From positions 32,001-96,000 of the forward strand of contig JAPDJW010000009.1 in NCBI GenBank assembly GCA_029258885.1: DNA of 64,000 bases. Reading direction: 5' to 3'. Numbering within the stretch: position 1 is the stretch's first letter; each line of letters opens with the position of its first letter. Position numbers and translations under genes: made by a program. Below the pieces are notes generated by a model that made no database searches, was not told where the DNA came from, and saw only the letters and a program-made list of their open reading frames with translations. Shown here piece by piece: positions 50,571 through 61,600 of the stretch. The DNA is from Thermoproteota archaeon. Its GTDB lineage: Archaea; Thermoproteota; Thermoprotei; Thermofilales; B9-G17.

Positions 50571-51950
50571 GTGTCCTGTAGTAAGTATCTTTTAAGGATG
50601 TTTAGGATAGCTAGGTGGAGCAGTTTTCATGATGTAGCTGAGCTAGAGGTTTACATCGAGTGGATGAGAAGGCTTAAAGGAATGGATTTTACGGTATTTA
50701 GGGTAGAGGGCGACGGCAAGGTTGAGAGATACTATGTTCCATTAATATCCTCTAGCAGTATTCCTGAAGGATATCCTAAGGATAGAGCATATAAATTAAA
50801 TTCCCGCTACTTTCTAGAGGCTGAGTACTTTAAGGAGTATACATGGATTATATTTCAGTGCGAACTAGATTGCGACGAGCTGATCGTCAAAGGGAAGCTA
50901 GACCTCAACGACGAGTTTAAGGTAAAACCATTGAATGTAAGCACGACTAACTGTCTCAGTTACATTGGATCGGATACTGTCTCGTATGTTTTAAAGTCTT
51001 ATAGGAAGATACCTAGGGTTAATATTGAGGCTAAGATGCTCTGGAAGCTTACGAGAAGAGGCTTCAGAAATATCCCTAGGCTCTACCTTCAGCTTATACA
51101 TAGAAAGTATGGACCATTATCCATCTATCTCGAGTATGTAGATAGTCTAGGAGATGGCGGTTACCCGTTTGCAGGAAACTTTATTAACTACCTTGAGGGC
51201 AGAGAGCCCGTAGATGTTAAGCTGGCCCGAGAGCTCGGTAAAACCACCGCATACCTACATCTAAATCTTGTGGATCATTATGATGACTTCTTCAAGCCTG
51301 AAAGTATTTCAAGTCTTGACGTAGGGCTGTGGATTAAAAGGATCAAAGGCATCTACCTTAAATTCCGAGAAACTATCCCATGTAGTGGCGATAGGCTACA
51401 TTCAATCCTGGATCTATTTGAATTATACCTAGGCAGGATTAAGGCTAGGACTCATCAGGATTATCACTTAGCACAAATACTGTATGCTAGGGATGGCAGA
51501 TTTGTAATACTGGATTTTGAGGGCGAGCCTAATAGAAGCGACGAGGAGAGGCTCTTAAAGGAGCCATTCTTGAGGGATGTAGCATGTCTGCTGAGGAGCT
51601 TCGACTATCTAATAGCATTTACCCTAGCGTTTAAGAACGGAATTAGCCTTAGGGATGCATGTAATATCCTGCTTAACAAGGAGAAGAGAATATTTAACTG
51701 GTATAGAGAGGTATCCCTAAATCTCCTCGAAAGCTACATTAAAACACTCGGTCCAAAGACTGAGGAGGCTACTGGATTCGACCGAGGTACCTTAGAGGAT
51801 GAAATAGTGCAGCTTTTAGCTCCGTGGATGCTTGAGAAGGCGATATACGAGCTGAAGTACGAACACGACTATAGACCTGAGAATATTATTGTCCCTCTCA
51901 CGGGAATAAAGATGCTGCTTGAGGGAACTCATCCCATATATAGTTTATAA
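50571..51950 (+). CDS. Maltokinase (Mak/Pep2)-like kinase
   Basis: RELG...A.LH..L, RTHQDYHLAQIL, ILDFEGEP, LRDVA.LLRSFDY, LEKAIYEL.YE...RP....VPL.G. Confidence 0.8.
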   Translation: MSCSKYLLRMFRIARWSSFHDVAELEVYIEWMRRLKGMDFTVFRVEGDGKVERYYVPLISSSSIPEGYPKDRAYKLNSRYFLEAEYFKEYTWIIFQCELDCDELIVKGKLDLNDEFKVKPLNVSTTNCLSYIGSDTVSYVLKSYRKIPRVNIEAKMLWKLTRRGFRNIPRLYLQLIHRKYGPLSIYLEYVDSLGDGGYPFAGNFINYLEGREPVDVKLARELGKTTAYLHLNLVDHYDDFFKPESISSLDVGLWIKRIKGIYLKFRETIPCSGDRLHSILDLFELYLGRIKARTHQDYHLAQILYARDGRFVILDFEGEPNRSDEERLLKEPFLRDVACLLRSFDYLIAFTLAFKNGISLRDACNILLNKEKRIFNWYREVSLNLLESYIKTLGPKTEEATGFDRGTLEDEIVQLLAPWMLEKAIYELKYEHDYRPENIIVPLTGIKMLLEGTHPIYSL

Positions 51951-51969
51951 ATTACCTAATGTGAAATAG

Positions 51970-53268
51970 TTATAAATTAGCTATGTATCTTGTTGATTTC
52001 CCATAGCCTATCCTTTTAACCAAGTCAAGTTGAATAAGCCTATTAATTCTCCGAAGCACGGTATCTTTGCTTACACCCAACCTTGAGGCTAGCTGACTGC
52101 TCGATAAGCTTTCCTCGGCTACTAAATCCATTATTTTCCTTTCAATATCATCTAATGTGGCTACTATCCTGCTAAATGTTAACCTAGTTTCGAAGGAATC
52201 TAAACTATACGTAAGCTTTATCCTGCTTGCCGCACACAACTGTTTCATTCTAATAATCCCTACTCCGTACTTCTCCATAAAGCCCATATCATACATATAC
52301 TGGGATAATATGGGATTCCTAGGCTTATGGGTCGGCTTATCCGGCGAAACTCCGGGAGGGAATGAGCCCGGATTTATAAATACTATCTTAAAGGGGTAAA
52401 TGAACACCCTTACATCTCCCGGATCAAAGTAGTTCCTATGAGTTAGCGCGTTAACTAAAGCCTCCCTCAGAGCCTCCAGTGGATACTCGTACTTCTCAAT
52501 TCTCCTAAAGCCTACTATTGCACCCATCTTAGCCATATATTGCATCATGTAGTTTTCGAAATCCTCAACAATCTTCCATAGCGGGCCAGAGAAATCCCTC
52601 CTATCCATGTATTCAAGCATATCCTCGCCACGAAATACTATTAGCCTAACGTAGGCGTTTGGAATGAGGTCTTGAGGTCTATCGGAGAAGAATAGTATGC
52701 CAGCGTTAGTCGGTTTACCGTTAACGGTAGCACCTATAACTTCAAGTATTCTCCTGTACGGCAGCCTGGGTATATCCACGCCCCTGTTCCTACGCCTTGC
52801 CTCCAGATACATTTCAACATAATCCCTATTTATATCGCTGATATCGGCTCTAGTACATTTCTGCTGATCGAAGTTTATGAGAAGTCTTTCGGCAGCTAGG
52901 GAAACTATCTCTGAAGCCTGCAGTGGCCTGACGTTCCTACCGGACCTTATGTAAGTAACATAGCGGTAAGAATGTATCTCCTTAATCTCCTCAACCTCGA
53001 TAACGAGCACGAGCTTACCGTTAACTACATGCTTATATACCCTAAACCTGGGAGGAGGGGAAATTGATTGAACTACATCGGATATCTCCTGCGAAACATC
53101 AGGAGTACCGACTATATTCCCTCTATCGTCTACTCCTATCAAGATATATCCTCCATGGGTATTAGCAAAAGCACAGATAACCTTAGCTATCTCACTGGAA
53201 AACCTAGCCTTAAATTCTATCCTATCGCTCTCTCCCTTCTCGATAAGCTCACGAATATCTAGACTTAC
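51970..53268 (-). CDS. AlbA_2 (Schlafen-like) + HATPase_c_4 + C-terminal HTH protein; no canonical start codon
   Basis: The frame extends upstream of the track's 53142 start: SLDIRELIEKGESDRIEFK...CAFANTHGGYILIGVDD; also REALVNALTHRNY, NPGSFP, RNP.L, G.GI. No in-frame ATG/GTG/TTG precedes the domain (GTA at 53268). Confidence 0.85.
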   Translation of the reverse strand, partial: VSLDIRELIEKGESDRIEFKARFSSEIAKVICAFANTHGGYILIGVDDRGNIVGTPDVSQEISDVVQSISPPPRFRVYKHVVNGKLVLVIEVEEIKEIHSYRYVTYIRSGRNVRPLQASEIVSLAAERLLINFDQQKCTRADISDINRDYVEMYLEARRRNRGVDIPRLPYRRILEVIGATVNGKPTNAGILFFSDRPQDLIPNAYVRLIVFRGEDMLEYMDRRDFSGPLWKIVEDFENYMMQYMAKMGAIVGFRRIEKYEYPLEALREALVNALTHRNYFDPGDVRVFIYPFKIVFINPGSFPPGVSPDKPTHKPRNPILSQYMYDMGFMEKYGVGIIRMKQLCAASRIKLTYSLDSFETRLTFSRIVATLDDIERKIMDLVAEESLSSSQLASRLGVSKDTVLRRINRLIQLDLVKRIGYGKSTRYIANL

Positions 53269-53277
53269 ATAAGTAAT

Positions 53278-53313
53278 ATTTGCGACGCAAAAGATATCTT
53301 TTGCGTCGCAAAT
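53278..53313. promoter_or_regulatory. Perfect 36-bp palindrome (candidate operator or cruciform)
   Basis: atttgcgacgcaaaagat|atcttttgcgtcgcaaat, flanked by the direct repeat tagacttac at 53260 and 53329. Confidence 0.8.
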
Positions 53314-53371
53314 TAGGCGAAAATATTTTAGACTTACCTATATAAAACAGTTAAATCATCAATAAATATAC

Positions 53372-55924
53372 TTATACTTTGCTCGTAGGCGAAAATCTAC
53401 GTACTGTACTAATCCAAAGAACTAGAAGCGCCACTACAACTATTGCAAAAACCATAATAATTACTACTATTGGCTCCAATGTAAACCCTATGGTGAATGG
53501 CTGTATTTCTCCTCCAGTACTCCCGAAAACTATCCTTATAGTTCCATCGCTATTCATAGAATACTTAAGCTTCACTAACCCCGTCTTATTATCGTATTCC
53601 AGGGATACCAGTTTTCCATTCAATATCGAAATATCGGCGGGTTTCCTACTAGTGTATATGATCAGGCTTTCAGACCCCTTCTTCACCTTAAGCCTGAGAA
53701 CCTTGCTCAATCTGTCGTACAGTAACTCCCTAAATACGACTTTCGAGAAAGGTATGAACTTCCCCTCAAGACCGAAGACGTAGAGACCATCATCTATCTT
53801 CGGACATATTATGAAATACTTTATCTCCATAGGGCCTATGGTTCCCTTAATGACGGTATTCGCATCTGCCAACATGATTTTCTTCTCAAAGAAGCTATAC
53901 ACTAGGGTCTTTCCCGTAACCCCTACCTCGGAAAGACTAAAGCTGAAGCTTCTACTATTGCTACGGTCAATGTTTATAACTGCAACATATATCCATGAAT
54001 ATCCGCTAACGTTGGAATACGTGTAGACGTAGAACACCTTCTCGATAAGCGGGTCATATGTGAAACATTTCTCTAACGGCAACGCTGGAACGTCGGGCTT
54101 TAAAACCTCCCAGTTACTATCAACAAGCATCAATAGAACATCCTTATCCACCACATCTGTTTTAACTAGGAACGCTACAGGACCGGCAGATAAAGACCTC
54201 AATAGGGCTTCCTGAATATAGTAAGGCTCCCTAAACCAACCAGCCTCAACGCTAGGCATCGGATGGAATTTATCCCAGAACGTATAAGCGCCCAACGACC
54301 AGGATAAAAGCTGAGTGAAGCTGTACTGATACCACTCCCAATCATTTCCCTTACCCATACCTAGGAACTCATAGTCGTTGCCACCACGAATAAATATAGT
54401 ATTAACGCTCTCGGGAAGCATCATATACCCCTTAATTCCAGGCATACAGCTCATAATCGAAATATTATACTCCGCAAACGCCTCACTCATGTTAATATAC
54501 CAGGAATCGAAGTAGCCGTATCTGCCCTGAAGCCATATGTGTCCAGCATCCTTCCTATACTCCTCGATAAAATAGTCCTGCCAAGCCACGCAGATGCCCC
54601 AGCTGGAAAAGTTCCTCGCAATATCATAGTAAATCTTAGCAGACCTCGGCCAGGCAGCCAGAACCCTGCCACCCTCGACATACTTGACCCAATCATACCT
54701 CCAGTAGTAGGAGGCGGCAGCTGGACACCAATGGGACATCCAGCATACCATAGGCAGATCGGTAGCCTCAACTATAACTTTAAGTCCATCCCAGCCATCA
54801 TTAGTAGCTACACGGTCAAACCCGAATGAGCTACAGCTCGGCTTCAAAGCCACCTGAGCTACACCCCATTTTAAAACAGGATCACTACCCAGTACCTGCC
54901 AAACATAGTTAGCAGTTGTCCCTGGCCTAATACCCTTTGACCTAAGATAGTTAACCATATCAATGTATTGTTCTGTGGCATTACCGGCATGGAGGATAGG
55001 CCATGCACACAAATACTTTAGGAAAATATTGTTCCACGGCTTAGGTGGATTGGGCTTACTGTAATAAAGCCTCATCAGGGAGCCCCATTTAAGCATCGTA
55101 TCTACTACGCCCTTATCTCCGAATACGATTATAGACGCCATCCTAGAGCTGAAGGGCACCTCCCTTATAGTGGAGTCGAGACATACTGCTATAGCCTGAA
55201 CTCCGTATTCAGTAACTTTTCTAACTAGCAGGTTTCCGAGAGGATAGAGGGGCGAGAGAATGGAATATATATCCCTAGAGTTATGTAGAATTAAGGGAGT
55301 TAATATCGTATACTCATTAATGCCTCTAAACCATTCCCTGAAGCCTTCCTCAGCCCTAGCTACGACCGTTCTAAGCCAATATTCATTATTCGGAGTATAT
55401 GCAAAGACGTATAGGTTTGAAACATTACACTTATGAGAGTAAAATATAGGAAATCTTATGGCAGCAATTTCTTCGGGGCCATAACATTTAAATGTATTAG
55501 CGAACAGCAATTCGAAAACTAATGCCGGCTCATCCTGATATACCTTAAATATCGTATAAAATGATAGAGTTAATCTCCTAACGGTTTTAAGATGCCAAAA
55601 AACTCTCAGACACTTGTATCTGCCTAGAGCATCACTTCCCTCTTTCTCTGTAACATCTACAATCCTAAACCTTTCCGACAGCTTTTTCTCTATAGGATTA
55701 TAGGATACATACCTAACTCCCTCCTCAAAGATGCTTAAGTATCCTAGTCCATAGAATGCATAGCCCCTATAGCTAACCTCATATGTTCCAGTTTTAGAGT
55801 TAAATAGGAAAGCAATATTGTGTTTAGTACTATTAATGATATATGTGCTGACATCTAATGCGAAAATACGTATAAGGCTAAGTAGCAACAATAAAGAGAG
55901 TATTGTTGAAAAGGCTTTACCCAT
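53372..55924 (-). CDS. Membrane-anchored glycoside hydrolase, GH36/Sip1 (clan D)-like
   Basis: Signal peptide and C-terminal TM; W.SHW, AWQDY (nucleophile position), SCM, IRGGNDY (acid/base position), WDKF, SLSAGPV, LKPD.PALP...C...DP. Confidence 0.6.
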   Translation of the reverse strand: MGKAFSTILSLLLLLSLIRIFALDVSTYIINSTKHNIAFLFNSKTGTYEVSYRGYAFYGLGYLSIFEEGVRYVSYNPIEKKLSERFRIVDVTEKEGSDALGRYKCLRVFWHLKTVRRLTLSFYTIFKVYQDEPALVFELLFANTFKCYGPEEIAAIRFPIFYSHKCNVSNLYVFAYTPNNEYWLRTVVARAEEGFREWFRGINEYTILTPLILHNSRDIYSILSPLYPLGNLLVRKVTEYGVQAIAVCLDSTIREVPFSSRMASIIVFGDKGVVDTMLKWGSLMRLYYSKPNPPKPWNNIFLKYLCAWPILHAGNATEQYIDMVNYLRSKGIRPGTTANYVWQVLGSDPVLKWGVAQVALKPSCSSFGFDRVATNDGWDGLKVIVEATDLPMVCWMSHWCPAAASYYWRYDWVKYVEGGRVLAAWPRSAKIYYDIARNFSSWGICVAWQDYFIEEYRKDAGHIWLQGRYGYFDSWYINMSEAFAEYNISIMSCMPGIKGYMMLPESVNTIFIRGGNDYEFLGMGKGNDWEWYQYSFTQLLSWSLGAYTFWDKFHPMPSVEAGWFREPYYIQEALLRSLSAGPVAFLVKTDVVDKDVLLMLVDSNWEVLKPDVPALPLEKCFTYDPLIEKVFYVYTYSNVSGYSWIYVAVINIDRSNSRSFSFSLSEVGVTGKTLVYSFFEKKIMLADANTVIKGTIGPMEIKYFIICPKIDDGLYVFGLEGKFIPFSKVVFRELLYDRLSKVLRLKVKKGSESLIIYTSRKPADISILNGKLVSLEYDNKTGLVKLKYSMNSDGTIRIVFGSTGGEIQPFTIGFTLEPIVVIIMVFAIVVVALLVLWISTVRRFSPTSKV

Positions 55925-56154
55925 AACTATGTGTTAGTATAATAGCAAAATAAGCTTAACGAAGCTTCTTACTTAAGGCGGTTGAAATCACAGAATCTAT
56001 ATGTAGCGTAATTCCTTTAAATACGTAAAGATAAAACTAAATGCATTAGCTAAAGTCGATAAATGGCGGAAAATCTTAGCAGCATTATGTTAAAACTTAT
56101 ATACTCTAAAGAATAGAATAATTTTGCATATTAGAGTTTTCGGGTGAAGATTTT

Positions 56155-57390
56155 ATGAGGAAGAGTATTTGGATTCTAGCATTACTGCTTTTATCGATAT
56201 CTCTGCCTGCTCTAGTCCGTTCGCAACCTCAATGGGTAACTATTACAGACAACACAATTGTAGCTGAGAACAACTATTACAAGATAACGTTCAACCTAGA
56301 AGTCGGTGGCAGGCTTTCAAGCTGGATAGTAAAGGCTATAGATAAGGATGTAGTTTCTCCCTATCTTCCATTCAACTTAGAGATAGCATTATACTCTGAT
56401 CCAAACGAAATGTATCCATATGCGCAGCAGTTTAAGCCTTGGACCGGAAAGATAACTACAGTTTCTGACGATGTGGTAGTAGTGGAGCTCTGGCCAATAT
56501 ACGACGAAAACGTAACGACACATCTAGAAGGTCTCCTCATAAACGAGACGGTAATATTCTATAAGAACAAGCCATACATAGACGTAATATTCAAGCTGAC
56601 AAACCCAACAAACGATACAGTATACTTAGCTGGCAAGGCTTGGAACTGGCTGGACTTCGGCTTCGGAATAAACATAAACTCCTATGTTGAGGGAGAATCC
56701 ACTGATGATTTCGTACAGATATTCTGTGTCGTAAACGCCACAGGAACATATATTGAAACTGGAAAATGGCATTGGGTAGGAATGGGTCCATGGAGCCATG
56801 GTGAGGGAGCATTCTTCCCATGGGCTGGAATAATAAACGAGAAGCTTAACATAATAGTAGCTGCAAGAGCCTTAGAGCCAAACGGAGTATGGCATATAAA
56901 CTTTGAGAGAGATTACTACGGCTCGCCTGCAATAAGAGCTATGCTAAGATTCAAATCCACATACATAGCTCCAGGAGGTTCAGTGACCTTCGCCTTCAGA
57001 CTAATAGCGACAACGATAGATGATGTACTAGGCACAGAGGAAGCTGGATTAATAGGCTTCGCCAACAAATATAACCCAGGAGCATATGAAGGATTAAAGC
57101 AAGCATCGGAGACAATAACACAGTTACAGTCCCAGATATCAAACCTACAGACACAGATTACACAACTTGAGGAGCAGGTAACAAGCCTACAGGATCAGGT
57201 AAACACTCTACAGAGTGAGCTTTCAGCTAAAACTAGCGAGCTTGAAACAACAAAGTCCGAGTTAGATAAGACAAAGAGTGAGTTAGCTCAGGCACGGTCG
57301 ATGCAGCCAGCGTACCTCGTAGGAGGCTTAATAGTAGGCATCATTATTGGAGTTATTGTAGCAAAATTCCTATTTAAGCCCAAAAAATAA
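56155..57390 (+). CDS. Surface protein: beta-supersandwich (aldose-epimerase/DUF4432-like) domain, coiled-coil stalk, TM anchor
   Basis: ENNYYKITFNLEVGGRLSSW, F.LTN motif, Q/T/S-rich heptads, TM plus KPKK tail. Confidence 0.65.
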   Translation: MRKSIWILALLLLSISLPALVRSQPQWVTITDNTIVAENNYYKITFNLEVGGRLSSWIVKAIDKDVVSPYLPFNLEIALYSDPNEMYPYAQQFKPWTGKITTVSDDVVVVELWPIYDENVTTHLEGLLINETVIFYKNKPYIDVIFKLTNPTNDTVYLAGKAWNWLDFGFGININSYVEGESTDDFVQIFCVVNATGTYIETGKWHWVGMGPWSHGEGAFFPWAGIINEKLNIIVAARALEPNGVWHINFERDYYGSPAIRAMLRFKSTYIAPGGSVTFAFRLIATTIDDVLGTEEAGLIGFANKYNPGAYEGLKQASETITQLQSQISNLQTQITQLEEQVTSLQDQVNTLQSELSAKTSELETTKSELDKTKSELAQARSMQPAYLVGGLIVGIIIGVIVAKFLFKPKK

Positions 57391-57480
57391 ATTTCTTTTT
57401 TATTACTAACTTATACGTATCCTGCGTGGGTCTTAAGGTGAGTAAAGTTTAAATTAATATAAAACTCTATATTTCTCAAG

Positions 57481-58593
57481 GTGATTTTTATGAATAAATC
57501 TATTACCGTGACTATACTTTTGCTAGTATTCACATTGTCCATGTTAAAACCTACATTAGTATATCCGCAACCTCAGGCTCTAGCGTATGTCGATAAGGGT
57601 AAGGTTGTACTTGAAAATGATGCTATTAAAGTATACTTTAAGCCTGATGAAGGAGCTAAAATAGTTAGGTGGATTGTAAAAACATTAGCTAATGTAACAC
57701 CCATAACTGAGTCTAGGTATCCATATGAATGGATACCTACCGGAACATGGCCAGGAGAAATATTTAGCGCAAACTTTACTTATCAAATAGTAAAGGAGTC
57801 CGGAGACGAGGCAGTAGTAGAGTTTAAGGTGAACCTAGCCACTGATGCCCCAGGATTGGAGTTCACGAAAATTGTTACCATAAAGGCAGGCGAACACTAC
57901 TGGATAAACATAACATACATCCTCGATAATAAGGGCACAGCGGCGCTCAAAATACAGAACCCACCCGCATGGGGAAGGAAGGCTGGCTTCATGATTGAAA
58001 TAGGCGCTAAAATAGGCCGCAACGATACTAATGATATTCAGATATGGAAGTTCGTCGGTCAGGATCCAATAATAACTAAAGAATCTTGGGTAGTATACCC
58101 ATTAGATAAAACTCCCACCGACACCGAGTGGATAGGATTATTTGATAATTCGACCGATGCCAATATGGTAGATAATGCAACCTATGGATTATTCATAGGG
58201 TTAAAATTGCTGGATCCGTCGGAGGGATGTTTTATATGGCTTGAGGCAGCGGCTGGGTGGACGTCCATTAGAACTGAGCTGAAGCCGCTCACCCTAGAGC
58301 CAGGCCAAGCTAAGATCTACAAGACTATATGGTACTGTGGTCCGATATGGAAGGAATACCTAGAGGAAGCAGGATTCAATGGAGTATTTGAAGCTATAAA
58401 GCCCTCAAACCTACCTGAGGAGCCTCCAGGGGAGAAGAAGGTTGAGGAGAAGCCTAAGGAAATTATACCACCAACAGCCTTACCGTTACAGCTTACATGG
58501 AGCAATATTGTATGGATAGTGGTTGGAATACTAGCTGCTGTAGGTTTCATATTCCTAAAGATTAAGGCCAGAAAGGCTAGGAGTACATCCTAA
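57481..58593 (+). CDS. Surface protein paralogous to 56155..57390 with Pro/Glu linker and TM anchor
   Basis: LENDAIKVYF.PDEGAKIVRW, ITY.LDN, LEPGQ...Y; EEPPGEKK linker; TM plus basic tail. Confidence 0.65.
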   Translation: MIFMNKSITVTILLLVFTLSMLKPTLVYPQPQALAYVDKGKVVLENDAIKVYFKPDEGAKIVRWIVKTLANVTPITESRYPYEWIPTGTWPGEIFSANFTYQIVKESGDEAVVEFKVNLATDAPGLEFTKIVTIKAGEHYWINITYILDNKGTAALKIQNPPAWGRKAGFMIEIGAKIGRNDTNDIQIWKFVGQDPIITKESWVVYPLDKTPTDTEWIGLFDNSTDANMVDNATYGLFIGLKLLDPSEGCFIWLEAAAGWTSIRTELKPLTLEPGQAKIYKTIWYCGPIWKEYLEEAGFNGVFEAIKPSNLPEEPPGEKKVEEKPKEIIPPTALPLQLTWSNIVWIVVGILAAVGFIFLKIKARKARSTS

Positions 58594-58605
58594 TAGGGTG
58601 AAGCA

Positions 58606-61600
58606 TTGAAAAAGTCTATTTTTATAATAGCCTTACTTATACTTACAATTGCCTTGAGGTTCGGTTTAGCCGATCCATCAGCTTCAGTCAGCATAGATGA
58701 CATCGTCGATTATGTTGAGAAGATAAATGGCTTTAAGCCTAGATTCACGGGATACGAGGGCTGTAGGGAGGCGGCTAGATATATCTTTAATGAGTTTTCA
58801 AAATACCTAGACAACGTTACCTGGGAGACCTACCCTATATTAATACCGTACGATGCTGGTTCCACATTGATTGTTAAAGTCGGCGGTGAGGAGTATTCCT
58901 TTAAGGTATATCCATTTCTACCCAATGATGTACAGACATGCTACGGAGAATATGAGGGAAAATTAGTCTACGTAGGGGATGCAAGCTATACTAGCCTGAA
59001 CGGTAAGGAACTTAATGGAAGCATAGCTGTAGTTGAATTAGACTGCTATATTAGCTGGGTTAGGCTGATAGACTTCGGAGTAAAGGCTGTAGTATTCATA
59101 CCTAAATATGATGTGAATAGGCTTCAAATGGAGGGTAAATACCTAGATATACCCGTAAAGTTTCCAAGAGCGTTATTATCGCTTAATGATAGAGAAAGGA
59201 TAATACGCTTACTTAGGGAGAATATGGAACTGGAAGCCAAGCTTAAAATAGGTATGAAGTGGGAGGTTAAGAGTTGTGACGTAATATACGGCTACATAAA
59301 TGGAGCAAGTAAACCCGATGAAGTGGTGGTGCTACTTTCCCATTTCGATTCCTACTCGTGGGCTCCATCTCTTCCCACGGGAGCTTCTGATGCAATAGGT
59401 ATATCGATACTAATGGAGCTTGCAAGAGTATTCTCTGTAAATAGGCCTGAAAGAAGCATACTATTCGTAGCTGTATCGGGACATTACCAGGGACTTTATG
59501 GCACGAGGATGTTTATTGAGAGACATATTTTAAATGAAAGCGATAGGCTCAATCTTCTAGCTTCAAATAAGAAGATCTTCGTAATCGATCTAAAAGTATT
59601 TGACGATGATTCCAGGGTATCCTTCCTATATGTCTCGTACTTCTATGATGCATCAACAGGAGGAATATCTGTTAGTGCTAGACAGAGGTACGTTGAAGTA
59701 GCTAAAGGTATAGACAAAGTACTAGACTATCTGAGCTCAAACATGCCTGAAGGCTTAGATGAGGAGTACATAAGTCACGAATATGAAATGCTGAGTATAA
59801 GTCAGGGAACAAACGATTGGCAGAGGTTATTTCCACGCCCAATACACATCGATGCTGAAGCATTCTTCAGGGTGGGATTAGCTAGCGTATGCTTTCATAC
59901 CGCATACAGCTTCAGAAAATATCTTGGAACGGAGCTTGATACACCGGAGAGGATAAACTGGGAAAACGTCCTGAAACAAGCGGTATTTATTGAAAGCGTG
60001 GTAAATACTATAGTAAACGATGTTAAATATGGTTTTTTTGAAAATTTAGTTTCAGGATTAGCTACAACTGGACCTAAGAGATCGGGCAGCTATGGTGAGT
60101 CATTTGGGGATTTTGTAGGCAAAATTGTCACATGGGATCCGGATAAGGCAAACTGGGTTCCATTGTCGGAAGCTGGGCTAAAACCAGCTATTGTCTCAAT
60201 TAGATTAGGCGGAGCTACCTTCTCCGGATCCCAGTGGAACGTAAGATTCTACCTATTAACTGATAAAGACGGAGTCTTCACGTTAAATGGTTCGCTCATA
60301 GGCTGGGGAGCCAGCTATGAGGTTAGAGCATACATAATGGATGAAAACTATAACATTATCTATGTTTCAGACTTCGGTAGGCATGGAGGTGAAGTCTGGT
60401 CCAACACTTTTCTCCTAAACGCTCCAATAGTGGGAAGCAAGGATAATCCAAGACTTTTTGTAGTATTCAAGGCATCCGGCATAGTACTGCCTAAAATACT
60501 GGATCCTCTAGTGGTATCCGAACCTCTCTCACAGTCAAACAACCTGTATCCGGATGGAGCATACGAGAACAGCTTTAGTATTGAAGTTCTAGAAGAGGAT
60601 ACGGGCGTACCCCCGGACGCTTACTCCTGGTATATGGATCCGAAGGGTATTGGAGTAGTATTTCTTCAACCCAACTCAAAGGCTCTCGTGGTAATGAGAA
60701 CTAAGGGAAGAGAATACCCGATAGGTTTCATAATAGTTAACTCAGGAGATGCTGGAACAGAAGCTATCTATACGAGATTTCTTGAGAGGATATCCTTAAG
60801 CGTTATGAAGCTAGCCTTAGAGAGGAGAAATAGGCTGAAGAGCTTTGGTGTAACAAACTATATGCTTGAAAAATTCATATCCATGGCTAGTGAAAAGGAG
60901 GCTAAACTCCAAGCCTTAATTGAAGATAAACGCTATGATGAATACTTTGTTGAGTCGGTCGATTTACTGGGGTTAGCATACAATTCATATGCCTTCTCCA
61001 GAGGCCTTTACATGGACGTGATACTCTCAACAGTATTGCTCTTCATACTAATACTTGTCTTCTCAATACTGCTCGAAAAGACTTTAACTGGAGATAAGAG
61101 TGCTAAAATAAGAGCGTTTTCGCTCATATCGATATTTACCGTAACTCTAGTAACCTTATCAATACTTCATCCGGGCTTCACTTTAGCAGCAAATATTATA
61201 ATGGTTGAAATAGGCTTCGTAATGCTACTATTCATAGGCTTAATACTATTCATACTATTCCTGGAGTTCACAGTCTTTCTCCAAACATATAGGAGGGAGA
61301 GGCTCGGCGTCCACTTCATGGAATCCAGAGGAATAGAGGTCGGAGTTCTAGCGATGTCCACGGGAACGGAGTACATGAAGAGGAGGAAAATTAGAACCCT
61401 ATTAACGCTAATATCGATAACAGTAATAGCGTTCGCTCTAGTCACCTTCACATCCGGACAGACGATGATCGTAATCACGCCTAAAGTTTTCGAGCCTGAA
61501 CTTAAGAAGACGCTATACAACGGCATACTCTTGGAGAGAATAGCTACCGTTAACAATCCTCTATCGATAGAGCTATACGAATACCTAAAAATCAAGCTTA

